Shown here one piece after another: positions 38,910-51,033 of a stretch of DNA of 64,000 nucleotides. Below the pieces are notes generated by a model. That model was not told the origin of the DNA. It was given only the letters and a program-made list of their open reading frames with translations, and ran no database searches. The first letter of the stretch is position 1. Each line of letters starts with the position of its first letter. The translations under genes were made by a program, and so were the position numbers. The stretch covers positions 57,769 through 121,768 of the forward strand of contig CAVXXQ010000007.1 of NCBI GenBank assembly GCA_963765775.1, in the 5' to 3' direction. This stretch comes from an uncultured Alphaproteobacteria bacterium. Its GTDB lineage: Bacteria; Pseudomonadota; Alphaproteobacteria; Sphingomonadales; Sphingomonadaceae.

Positions 38910-39938
38910 TTACTTGGACGTTTTGGCCTTTTCGCGCGCCAACAACTCCGCCTTGATCGTAAGTCCATAAGCATAGCCCCCCAGCGTCCCGTCGCCTGCA
39001 ATCACCCGGTGGCAGGGGATCAGCACCGCCACGTGGTTCGCCCCGTTCGCACCGCCGACCGCGCGGCTCGCTTTGGGATTGCCGAGCGCGGCGGCCAGCT
39101 GGCCGTAGGAGCGCGTCTCGCCGTGGGGGATGCGGCGCAGTTCTTCCCAGACGCGCTGCTGGAAGGCGGTGCCTTTCACGTCGAGCGGGATGGCGGCGCT
39201 GCCCGGGCCGGGCTGTTCGACCGCCTCGACAACTTGGGCGAACAGCGCGCGGAAGTCTTCGCCTGCAGGGGCAAGTTCAGCGCGGGGGAAGCGCATCCGC
39301 AACTCAGCCTCGCCTTCTCCGAACGCCAGACAGCACACACCCTTATCGCTCGCCGCCACCAGCATTGGCCCCAGCGAGGTCTCCAGCACTGCCCAATGCA
39401 CCAAGCGGCCCGCGCCGCCCCTGCTCCAGTCGCTCGGCGTCATTCCCAGCCTGCCTTTCGTGGCGTTGTAGAACGTTTTAGACCCCCCGTAGCCTGCTTT
39501 AGACAGGGCTTCGGTCACATTTAGACCCCCTCCAAGCGCGTCTCGCAAACGCTCTTCGCGCAAAGCCCGGGCTAAGGCGGCGGGTGACATGCCGACCGTG
39601 CGTTTGAACAATCGCTGGAAGTGGGTCGGGGTGTAGCCGGTGAGGTCCGACAGCGCCTCCAGCGTCATAGCGCCCTGTTCCCGGATTGCGGCGATGGCGG
39701 CGAGGACACACGCCTCCTCGGCGCTCTGCGTCTTGGGAGAGCAGCGTTTACAGGGCCTTAGTCCCGCATCCTCGGCATCGGCAGGCGTCGCATAGAAGCG
39801 CACATTCTTGCGCAAAGGCGCCCGCGCCGGGCAGGAAGGGCGGCAATAGATGCCGGTCGAATGCACGCCGGTGACGAAGGCCCCGTCGAAACGCCAGTCC
39901 TTGGCCAGCGCCGTCTGCCAGCGGTCCTCATCGGTCAT
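38910..39938 (-). CDS. ada: Bifunctional Ada: methylphosphotriester transferase/AraC HTH plus O6-methylguanine methyltransferase
   Basis: GIYCRPSC and RPCKRC Zn ligands, THFQRLFK HTH, GTAFQQRVW, IPCHRV; start re-picked at ATG 39938. Confidence 0.94.
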   Translation of the reverse strand: MTDEDRWQTALAKDWRFDGAFVTGVHSTGIYCRPSCPARAPLRKNVRFYATPADAEDAGLRPCKRCSPKTQSAEEACVLAAIAAIREQGAMTLEALSDLTGYTPTHFQRLFKRTVGMSPAALARALREERLRDALGGGLNVTEALSKAGYGGSKTFYNATKGRLGMTPSDWSRGGAGRLVHWAVLETSLGPMLVAASDKGVCCLAFGEGEAELRMRFPRAELAPAGEDFRALFAQVVEAVEQPGPGSAAIPLDVKGTAFQQRVWEELRRIPHGETRSYGQLAAALGNPKASRAVGGANGANHVAVLIPCHRVIAGDGTLGGYAYGLTIKAELLAREKAKTSK

Positions 39939-39948
39939 GTTCTCATAA

Positions 39949-39964
39949 TGTTTCACGTGAAACA
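39949..39964. promoter_or_regulatory. parS: parS centromere site (ParB binding)
   Basis: Perfect 16-bp palindrome TGTTTCACGTGAAACA matching the canonical chromosomal parS consensus; only copy seen in the window. Confidence 0.9.
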
Positions 39965-40048
39965 CTCTGCCACAGCCCTCGCCCTGCCGCACCCCCGGTT
40001 GTTGCGTTCAATGTCGCGCAGGCTGAAAAAACAGCTATAAGCGCGGCC

Positions 40049-41605
40049 ATGACCCGGCTTCTCGGCGCGCTTGCGCTGCTCCTGACCCTCCTCGCGTTCC
40101 CCGCTTCCGCCGATCCCGGCGACGTAGACGCGGCCTCGCGCGGGGTCGTGCGGGTGGTGATCATCGGGACCGAGAACGGCGAGCCCGTGCCCATCAGCCA
40201 CGGCACCGGCTTTGCCGTCAGCCCGACGCGGATCGTCACCAACGCGCACGTAGTGACCGAGGCCGCGCAGGACGACACGCTGCGGATCGGCATCGTCCCT
40301 GCCGAGGGCGAGGGCGGGGCATTTGCCCGTGTGATCGCGATCAGCGCCCGCAACGATCTGGCCCTGCTGGAGATCGCCAAGGGCAGCCTGCGCCTGCCGC
40401 CGCTGGCGCTCGCGGGAGGGGCCGCCGTCGATCAGGGCGAGGTCGCGGCGGTTGGCTATCCGATGAATGTCGATCTTGCTCAAGGACTTGGCATGAACGA
40501 CATCTTCCGCGCCCAGCCGCCGGTAAAGTCGCGCGGCTATATTTCAGGCCTGCGCCCCAGCCGCCAGTTCGACACGATCCTCCACAGCGCGCCGATCGCG
40601 CGCGGCAATTCTGGCGGGCCGCTGCTCGATCCGTGCGGGCGGGTGATCGGGGTCAACTCGTTCAGCACTGATTCGACCGGGGGGGACGCCGAGTTCTTCT
40701 TTGCGGTCTCCTTGCGCGAATTGCTGCCGTTTTTGCGCAACCTCGGGGTGGAGCCGTTGACCAACGCCCTCCCCTGCCGCTCGATCGACGAGCTGAACGC
40801 CGAGGAGCGCCAGCGGCTCGAGGCTGAACAATCGCAGGCCCGCGCGCGGCTGGAACAGCGCTCCGAGACCTTGCGCGGCGTGCGCGAAAAGGCGCAACTG
40901 ACCGCGCAGATGGAGGTGCTCGAGGCGCGCGAGAACCGCATGGCGATCGCCCTGATCGCGCTGCTGGCGGCGATTGGCGCGGGCTATGCGGCAGGCGTGT
41001 GGCGCGGCGATGAAGCGCGGCGCACCCACACCCGGATCGCCGCCGCGGTGGCCGCTGTGGCGGCGGTGATCGCGGTGCTGGCATGGGTCACCCGTCCGGG
41101 CCTTGCCGAGATCGAGGACCGGGTCGCGGCCGCCATCGCCAAGGCCGAAGGGCGCGATCCTGCGGGAACAACCTCAGCCTCTGGCGCTGCCGAGGGCGCG
41201 CTGATCTGCACGCTTGTCCCCGATCGCAGCCGCGTGACCTCGGCACGGATCGACGATGTCGCGCTCGAATGGTCGGCGGACGGCTGCGTCAACAAGCGCA
41301 CGCAATACGGGCTCGGCCCCGGCGGCGAATGGCAGCGAGTGTTCGCCGCGCAGGACGATGCCGCAGTGGCCGTCAACACCTACGACCCCGAAACCCGCAC
41401 CTTGCGCACCGACCGCTACCTGCTCGGCCAGCAGGCGCTGAGCGCGGCGCGCGAGGACCGCTCGGCCTACACGCCGCCCTCCTGCGGGGTAACAGATGCC
41501 GCGCGCACCCTGGGCGAGCAGCAATCGGCGCTGATCGCCAAACTGCCCGATCGGCCCAATGAGCGGCTGGTCTATTCCTGCACGGCGAAGTCGGCGGCGA
41601 AGTGA
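40049..41605 (+). CDS. Membrane-anchored trypsin-like (S1) serine protease
   Basis: Signal peptide; TNAHVV, NDLALL, GNSGGP triad; coiled coil, two TM segments, C-terminal domain with 4 Cys. Confidence 0.88.
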   Translation: MTRLLGALALLLTLLAFPASADPGDVDAASRGVVRVVIIGTENGEPVPISHGTGFAVSPTRIVTNAHVVTEAAQDDTLRIGIVPAEGEGGAFARVIAISARNDLALLEIAKGSLRLPPLALAGGAAVDQGEVAAVGYPMNVDLAQGLGMNDIFRAQPPVKSRGYISGLRPSRQFDTILHSAPIARGNSGGPLLDPCGRVIGVNSFSTDSTGGDAEFFFAVSLRELLPFLRNLGVEPLTNALPCRSIDELNAEERQRLEAEQSQARARLEQRSETLRGVREKAQLTAQMEVLEARENRMAIALIALLAAIGAGYAAGVWRGDEARRTHTRIAAAVAAVAAVIAVLAWVTRPGLAEIEDRVAAAIAKAEGRDPAGTTSASGAAEGALICTLVPDRSRVTSARIDDVALEWSADGCVNKRTQYGLGPGGEWQRVFAAQDDAAVAVNTYDPETRTLRTDRYLLGQQALSAAREDRSAYTPPSCGVTDAARTLGEQQSALIAKLPDRPNERLVYSCTAKSAAK

Positions 41606-42195
41606 CCCGCCGGACGAAGTGGCTGGCCTTGTTTGCAGGCGCGCTGGTGCTGCTCTTCGCCGGACGGATGGTGCTTCGCTATCTCGACAATCAGGCCTCG
41701 GAGGCGAGCCGCGTGCCCGTGCTCGCGACGTATCCCGATGACGGGATCGACCCGGCCATGCCCGCCAGCAAGGTGGACGAAGCGCGCCTGCAAGCACTCG
41801 CCACCGGTGCCTGCCGCTGTACCCGCGAAAGCGGCGGGTCTAACGATGAGGCCTGCTGGCAGGACTATAAGGCCGCCATCGCACGCTTCACCATCAACGG
41901 TGTCGCCAGTGCCTGCGCTCCGATTTCGACCGAACTCGATTGCATCGCCACAGACGCGGGCGAAAAGTGCATCGTCACCGGCTACGGCGATGGCATTTGC
42001 ACTGCCGAAGAGGCCGATGCCGCCGACCGCGCCTACACGCAGGCGCTTAACGCCGAGGGGGAATTCAGTACCCTCGACGAGGCGGCCGCCAATCGGGCTA
42101 ATGACCGTGCTGGCGCGGCCTATAAGGACGTGATCGAACGCATCAGGCGGGGCGAGCGCGTGGCCGTACTACCTGGTCCCGGCGGTTGCACCTGA
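41602..42195 (+). CDS. Hypothetical Cys-rich membrane-anchored/secreted protein
   Basis: GTG overlapping the protease stop (GTGA); N-terminal hydrophobic segment; 8 Cys; ends PGPGGCT. Confidence 0.7.
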   Translation: MTRRTKWLALFAGALVLLFAGRMVLRYLDNQASEASRVPVLATYPDDGIDPAMPASKVDEARLQALATGACRCTRESGGSNDEACWQDYKAAIARFTINGVASACAPISTELDCIATDAGEKCIVTGYGDGICTAEEADAADRAYTQALNAEGEFSTLDEAAANRANDRAGAAYKDVIERIRRGERVAVLPGPGGCT

Positions 42196-42359
42196 CCTCG
42201 CTCCACTTCGCACCCGCACAATTCCCGCCCCTCGCGGCTTGCACCGGCGGGAATCAATTGCTAGGCGCGCGCCAACCTTGAGGGCGGCCCTTGCGCATGC
42301 CCCATTCCCAAGGCCCAAGCATATTACCCTTCGAAGCTTCGCAAGAGGATTGCACGCGC

Positions 42360-44454
<2,095 letters not shown>

Positions 44455-44455
<1 letters not shown>

Positions 44456-44709
44456 TGCTTCAAATCGTCATCATTGGTATGTGTTTGATGCTGACCGTTA
44501 AAGCGATCGATATGCTGCAGCGTATGGCACTTGCCCGCGATCCGCAGAAAGGCGGGGGCCTGTTCACAATCATTGGCGTGGTTGTTGCCATTGTTGGTGC
44601 TGTGATTCTGTTTGCGCTTAGTGAATCGCAAGTTTCGCAGATGCCACCCGTTTCTTCGTTTCAAAGTCGGCCTGACCTGCTCGCTGATCCTGCCCCGGGA
44701 GGTTACTAA
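44455..44709 (+). CDS. Hypothetical 84-aa two-TM protein inserted between atpA and atpG
   Basis: TGATG overlap with atpA; TAA 44709 abuts the atpG GTG; two hydrophobic helices; AT-richer codons. Confidence 0.72.
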
Positions 44710-45579
44710 GTGCCCTCACTCAAGGAACTCAAGGGCCGGATCAACTCGGTCAAGTCGACCCAGAAGATCACCAAGGCCAAGCAGATGGTCGCGGCGGCCA
44801 AGCTGCGCCGTGCCCAGGCTGCGGCCGAGGCGGCGCGGCCCTATGCCACGCGCCTTGCTGCGGTGATGGCATCGCTGGCGGGCAAGGTGTCCGGATCTGC
44901 CGCGCCCAAGCTGCTGGCTGGCACCGGCGCGGACAGCAAGCACCTGCTCGTGGTGGTCAACACCGACAAGGGGCTGTGCGGCGGCCTGAACTCGAACCTC
45001 ATCAAGGCCGCCAAGGCCAAGGCGCGCGAGCTTCAGGCGGCTGGCAAGTCGGTCGAGTTCTACCTCGTAGGCAGAAAAGGCCGCGCGCCTCTGAAGCGCG
45101 AATTTCCCACGCTGATCGGCGGCGGGTTCGACACCAGCACGGTCAAGACCCCGGGGTTCAACGAAGCCGAGGCCATCACAGATGAGCTGATCGCGATGTT
45201 CGCAGCTGGCAAGTTCGATGTCGCTCACCTCGTCTACCCGACCTTCAAGTCGGCGCTGGCGCAGGACCCGACGGTGAACCAGCTGATCCCGGTCCCTGCC
45301 CCGACCGAAGCGGTCGCGGCCGATGCGGTGGTCGAGTACGAGCCGAGCGAGGAGCAAATCCTCGAAGACCTGCTGCCGCGCTACGTGCGCACCCAGCTGT
45401 TCGGCGCGCTGCTCGAGCGTGAGGCATCGGAGCAAGGCGCTTCGATGAACGCGATGGACAACGCGACGCGCAACGCGGGCGATCTGATCAGCAAGCTGAC
45501 GATCATCTACAACCGCCAGCGTCAGGCCGCGATCACGACTGAACTCATCGAAATTATTGCTGGCGCAGAAGCGCTCTAA
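44710..45579 (+). CDS. atpG: ATP synthase F1 subunit gamma
   Basis: [44 protein letters not shown]. Confidence 0.97.
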   Translation: MPSLKELKGRINSVKSTQKITKAKQMVAAAKLRRAQAAAEAARPYATRLAAVMASLAGKVSGSAAPKLLAGTGADSKHLLVVVNTDKGLCGGLNSNLIKAAKAKARELQAAGKSVEFYLVGRKGRAPLKREFPTLIGGGFDTSTVKTPGFNEAEAITDELIAMFAAGKFDVAHLVYPTFKSALAQDPTVNQLIPVPAPTEAVAADAVVEYEPSEEQILEDLLPRYVRTQLFGALLEREASEQGASMNAMDNATRNAGDLISKLTIIYNRQRQAAITTELIEIIAGAEAL

Positions 45580-47058
<1,479 letters not shown>

Positions 47059-47064
47059 GGCGAA

Positions 47065-47322
47065 ATGCCCCTCCACTTCGAACTCGTCACCCCCGCCAAG
47101 CTCGTCCGGTCCGAGGAAGTCCACATGGTGGTCGTCCCCGGTACCGAAGGCGAATTCGGCGTGCTGGAAGGCCATGCGCCCTTCATGAGCACTATCCGCG
47201 ACGGCGCCTTGCAGGTCTTCAAGACCGCCAATGGCGCGCCGGAAGTGATCCAGGTCCGCGGCGGCTTTGCCGAGGTGGGCGAGAAGGGCCTCACCGTCCT
47301 TGCCGAGCACGTCGAGGGCTGA
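47065..47322 (+). CDS. atpC: ATP synthase F1 subunit epsilon (short, beta-sandwich only)
   Basis: [23 protein letters not shown]; stops at 85 aa without the C-terminal helical hairpin. Confidence 0.95.
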   Translation: MPLHFELVTPAKLVRSEEVHMVVVPGTEGEFGVLEGHAPFMSTIRDGALQVFKTANGAPEVIQVRGGFAEVGEKGLTVLAEHVEG

Positions 47323-47347
47323 GGCTCTCCGCCATACGCGACACAAG

Positions 47348-47374
47348 AGGGCGGGCCGTTGGCTCGCCCTTTTT
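47348..47374 (+). terminator. Rho-independent terminator of the atp operon
   Basis: AGGGCGGGCC-GTT-GGCTCGCCCT followed by TTTT. Confidence 0.85.
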
Positions 47375-47445
47375 GTTTGTATGCCCTTCCCTTTCCGCCT
47401 CTCCATCGGCACAACACCGTCAGCATTTCCCTGAGGAGAGGACGC

Positions 47446-49593
47446 TTGAAACTTGTCTCCACTTTCGCATTGGCTCTCGCAATGACCGTCGCATCAGCCA
47501 CTGGCGCATCGGCAGCGGATGAAACTCCCGTCGCGGGCGTTCCCGGACCCGAGCAGGACCCCTATATCTGGCTCGAGCAAGCCCGCAGTCCAGAGGCGCT
47601 GGAATGGGTCGCCAAGGAGAACGAGCGCACGCTGGCCTCCTTCGAAGCCGACCCGCGCTATCAGCAGCTCAAGTCCGAAGCTCTGGCGATCTTCGACAGC
47701 GAGGACCGCATCCCCTTCGTCAGCTTCCGCCCTGACGGTCTTTACAATTTCTGGCAGGACAAGGCGAACCCCAAGGGGCTACTGCGCCGCACCACGCTGG
47801 AGAGCTACCGCACTGATAAGCCTGTCTGGGAGACAATCCTCGACGTCGATGCTCTCGCCAAGGCTGAGGGCAAGGAATGGGTCGATCAGGGCTCGACCTG
47901 CCTGCCTCCCGCGCTCAACAAGTGCATGATCGCACTGTCTGACGGGGGTGAGGATGCCACCATCATGCGCGAATTCGACACCGCGACGAAGCAGTTCGTC
48001 GAGGGCGGCTTCGTACTCGACGCCAAGAGCCAGGGCGGCATCGAATGGATCGACGCCGACACGCTGCTGGTCGGCCGCAGCTTTGGCGAAGGCACGGTCA
48101 CCGAAAGCAATTACCCCTTCACCAGCCGCGTCTGGAAGCGCGGCACGCGGATCGAGGACGCGCCGGAAATCTATCGCGGCGAGCCCAAGGACGTGTGGGC
48201 CGGCGCAAGCCTGCTGCGCGACAACACGGGCACCATCCACGCCCGCACCGCCTTCCGCGGCGTCAGCTTCCACGAGCGGCTCTACTACGTCGAGAAGGAC
48301 GGACAGTGGCTCTTGCTCGACATTCCCAAGAAGGCCGGCCTGTTCGGGATCGTCGATGGGCACCTGTTGATCTCGACCGACGTGGACTGGACCGTTGATG
48401 GCCAGACCTTCCCCGCCGACAGCCTGATCGCGGTCGATCTGGAAGAGTGGAAGGCCGATCCCAACGGCGCGAAGAAGACCCTCGTCTGGGCTCCGGGCGA
48501 GCGTCAGACCAAGCAGGGCGGCGCGGTGACCGGCAATGCGCTGTTCGTGACGCTCCTCGACAACGTCGTCGGCAAGGTCCTGCAGTTCAACTACGAGGGC
48601 GGCAAATGGGTCAGCAAGCCTGTGCCCCTGCCCGACAACGCTACGCTGGGCATCGCGGCCTCCTCGGACGAGACCGACCAGATCATGTACACCGTGACCG
48701 GCTTCCTTGAGCCGACCACGCTTTACTACACCGACGGCAGCGCAGCCCCGGCCGTTCTCAAGACCTCGCCCGCCTATTTCGTGCCTGAAGGCATGGAGGT
48801 GGAACAGCACGAGGCGACCAGCAAGGACGGGACCAAAATCCCCTACTTCATCGTCAAGCCCAAGGGCATGAAGCTGGATGGCACCGCCGCCACCCTGCTC
48901 ACCGGTTACGGCGGGTTCCAGGTGCCGCGCCTGCCCGGCTATCTCGGCTCCACCGGCAAGCTGTGGGTCGAGAAGGGCGGCGCCTATGTGCTCGCCAACA
49001 TGCGCGGCGGCGGCGAATTCGGGCCGAACTGGCACCAGACCGCGATCCGCGAGAACAAGCAGCGCACGTGGGACGATTTCCTCGCGGTCGGTGATGACCT
49101 CGTGAAGCGCGGCTTCACCTCGCCGCAGCATCTCGGCATTCAGGGCGGCTCGCAGGGCGGCCTGCTGGTGGGCACCGCCTTCACCCAGCGTCCCGACCTG
49201 TTCGGCGCGGCAATCGTCCAGATCCCGCTGTTCGACATGCTGCGCTATCACCTGATCGGCCGCGGGGCTTCGTGGATCGGCGAATACGGCGATCCGCGCA
49301 TCCCCGAACAGCGCGCCTGGATCGAAGGCTATTCGCCCTACCAGAAGATCGTCGCAGGCGTGGATTACCCCTCGCCATTCCTATGGGCTTCGACCGCGGA
49401 TGACCGCACGCACCCTGCCCACGCGCGCAAGGCGGCGGCGAAGCTCAAAGAGCTGGGCCAGCCCTACTACTACTTCGAGGACACTACAGGCGGGCATTCG
49501 GGCGGGGTCGACAACGACCAGCGCGCCAAGCTTCAGGCGCTGCAATTCATCTACCTGATGCAGCGCCTTATGGACGAACGCGGGGCCAAATAA
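47446..49593 (+). CDS. Prolyl oligopeptidase family (S9) serine peptidase, secreted
   Basis: TTG start behind GAGGAG; signal peptide; DPYIWLE, RGGGEFG, GGSQGG, DDRTHP, GGHSG. Confidence 0.94.
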   Translation: MKLVSTFALALAMTVASATGASAADETPVAGVPGPEQDPYIWLEQARSPEALEWVAKENERTLASFEADPRYQQLKSEALAIFDSEDRIPFVSFRPDGLYNFWQDKANPKGLLRRTTLESYRTDKPVWETILDVDALAKAEGKEWVDQGSTCLPPALNKCMIALSDGGEDATIMREFDTATKQFVEGGFVLDAKSQGGIEWIDADTLLVGRSFGEGTVTESNYPFTSRVWKRGTRIEDAPEIYRGEPKDVWAGASLLRDNTGTIHARTAFRGVSFHERLYYVEKDGQWLLLDIPKKAGLFGIVDGHLLISTDVDWTVDGQTFPADSLIAVDLEEWKADPNGAKKTLVWAPGERQTKQGGAVTGNALFVTLLDNVVGKVLQFNYEGGKWVSKPVPLPDNATLGIAASSDETDQIMYTVTGFLEPTTLYYTDGSAAPAVLKTSPAYFVPEGMEVEQHEATSKDGTKIPYFIVKPKGMKLDGTAATLLTGYGGFQVPRLPGYLGSTGKLWVEKGGAYVLANMRGGGEFGPNWHQTAIRENKQRTWDDFLAVGDDLVKRGFTSPQHLGIQGGSQGGLLVGTAFTQRPDLFGAAIVQIPLFDMLRYHLIGRGASWIGEYGDPRIPEQRAWIEGYSPYQKIVAGVDYPSPFLWASTADDRTHPAHARKAAAKLKELGQPYYYFEDTTGGHSGGVDNDQRAKLQALQFIYLMQRLMDERGAK

Positions 49594-49618
49594 CCCCTCT
49601 TTGTCCGGCCTTCAAAAG

Positions 49619-49649
49619 AGGGGCGGCTCCACCCGAAGCCGCCCCTTTT
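49619..49649 (+). terminator. Rho-independent terminator
   Basis: AGGGGCGGCT (49619-28) pairs with AGCCGCCCCT (49637-46), then TTT. Confidence 0.8.
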
Positions 49650-49818
49650 ACGTTAACTTGGGGAGGACAACGCGGCTGCCTGTAAAACAGGCCGACACTT
49701 TGTGCTCGGCTCGTCGCGCACGAGGCACGGCGCGTTTCAACAACGACTTGTTAACCCTGTCTGGCAGCATCCCGTTAAGGCTCCCCGTCAACAATTGCCT
49801 CATCGGGGGCGATGATGA

Positions 49819-50076
49819 GTGACGAGGAACAAAGCGATGGCCTATCCCAGAAACGTCTCGATCGCTGATGCGATCAAGAGCTACTACCAGCTACCCCGTA
49901 CCCACCGCGTGCATTGGTCCAAGGCGCGCAAGGACGAAGTGGTGCGCGCCGTGCGTGACCGGGCGATCAGCTTCCACGAGGCGCGCGAGCGGTATCTGCT
50001 GAGCCGCAGCGAGTTCGATCAGTGGGAAGCAGATTATCTCGCCAGCGGCGAAGACGCGCGCAAACAGGACGCCTGA
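49819..50076 (+). CDS. DUF1153 (SciP-like) protein, divergent
   Basis: LP..HWSKARKDEVVRAV..ISFHEARERYLLSRSEFDQW follows the DUF1153 pattern; start GTG 49819 or ATG 49837. Confidence 0.78.
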   Translation: MTRNKAMAYPRNVSIADAIKSYYQLPRTHRVHWSKARKDEVVRAVRDRAISFHEARERYLLSRSEFDQWEADYLASGEDARKQDA

Positions 50077-50079
50077 AGT

Positions 50080-50676
50080 CTACTTGATTGCCACGGGGAT
50101 CAGCACCTCGTTGCGGCGGAGAGGTCCGGGTACCATCGGCGCGTCATAGAAGGCGAACTCGGCCTCGCCCGCCGGCATCAGGCCCTGCCCCATCATCCAG
50201 TCGCGCAGCCGCGCCTCCATCAGCGCCAGATCGCTGGCCCCGCCATTGCCCGCAAAACGGATCGCCGCCATGCGCCGCGCCGGCATCTGCGTGAGCGTGA
50301 TGTCGGCAGGGGCAGCCGGGAGGGTTTCGAGCGTATATTTGGCCGGCATCACGAACCGCATCCGCCATTCGCCCGGCTCCGTCTCGTCCTGCAAGACAGG
50401 CGCGGTCATGTCGATCTTGTCGCCGCCCGCAGGCCGGTCCTGCGCGAAGATATAGGCGGCCAAGCGCCGGAAGCTCGCCCCGCTGGCGCGCTCGCGGCTG
50501 CCAGTGTTGCTGACTTCCGCGACGACCAGTGCGGGGTAATCACGCAGCTCGAAATCGGCATCGGCGTGCAGTAGCGCGTAATCGGGCTGCTCGGTCTGGC
50601 GGGACTGGGCATAGACGGCGGCAGCTCCGACAACGGCAAGGCCTGCGCCTGCGGCGATCCATCTAGCGGCTTTCAT
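50080..50676 (-). CDS. SOUL family heme-binding protein
   Basis: EQPDY, FELRDYP, FRRLAAYIF, IDMTAPV, YDAPMVPGPLRRNEV; start re-picked at ATG 50676. Confidence 0.9.
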   Translation of the reverse strand: MKAARWIAAGAGLAVVGAAAVYAQSRQTEQPDYALLHADADFELRDYPALVVAEVSNTGSRERASGASFRRLAAYIFAQDRPAGGDKIDMTAPVLQDETEPGEWRMRFVMPAKYTLETLPAAPADITLTQMPARRMAAIRFAGNGGASDLALMEARLRDWMMGQGLMPAGEAEFAFYDAPMVPGPLRRNEVLIPVAIK

Positions 50677-50760
50677 GGCGTGTCTCCTGATCGGGGCCCC
50701 GATGAGACTAGTCCGCGAAAGCACCCAAGGTTCCCACCCCCAACGGCTTTGAGCGCCGGT

Positions 50761-51033
50761 CTATCGGGTCGGCGCGTCGAAATCGGCTGGCTTGTTGGCG
50801 ATCCAGGACACGAATTTGGCGATGGCGGCATGGTCGCGGATGGTCGCGACATTATCGCCGATGCGCGCCAGTTCATTGTTGGTGAAATTGGCGTGGATCG
50901 TCTTGTGGCATATCGGGTGGATCGGCACCTTCACCTTACCTTTCTTGGCCTTGGGCACGGGGTGGTGCCACTGGACGATATCGCCCAGCTCTCGCTCGCA
51001 CAGCCAGCAGATGAGGTGGTCGGTGCCGCTCAC
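50761..51033 (-). CDS. Small HNH endonuclease-like protein (YisB-like)
   Basis: CWLCER..WHHPVPK..HPICHKTIH..NNELA; GTG overlapping the glmU stop. Confidence 0.85.
   Translation of the reverse strand: MSGTDHLICWLCERELGDIVQWHHPVPKAKKGKVKVPIHPICHKTIHANFTNNELARIGDNVATIRDHAAIAKFVSWIANKPADFDAPTR

Noticed and set aside
39476-39526. CRISPR-like repeat (GTTTTAGA resembles type II-A repeat starts)
   Set aside because: Shared unit only 7-11 bp, spacing 21-22 bp, inside an intact CDS, no cas genes; kept only as a motif observation
49650-49818. CtrA box upstream of the DUF1153 gene
   Set aside because: Only isolated TTAA half-sites; no TTAA-N7-TTAA spacing
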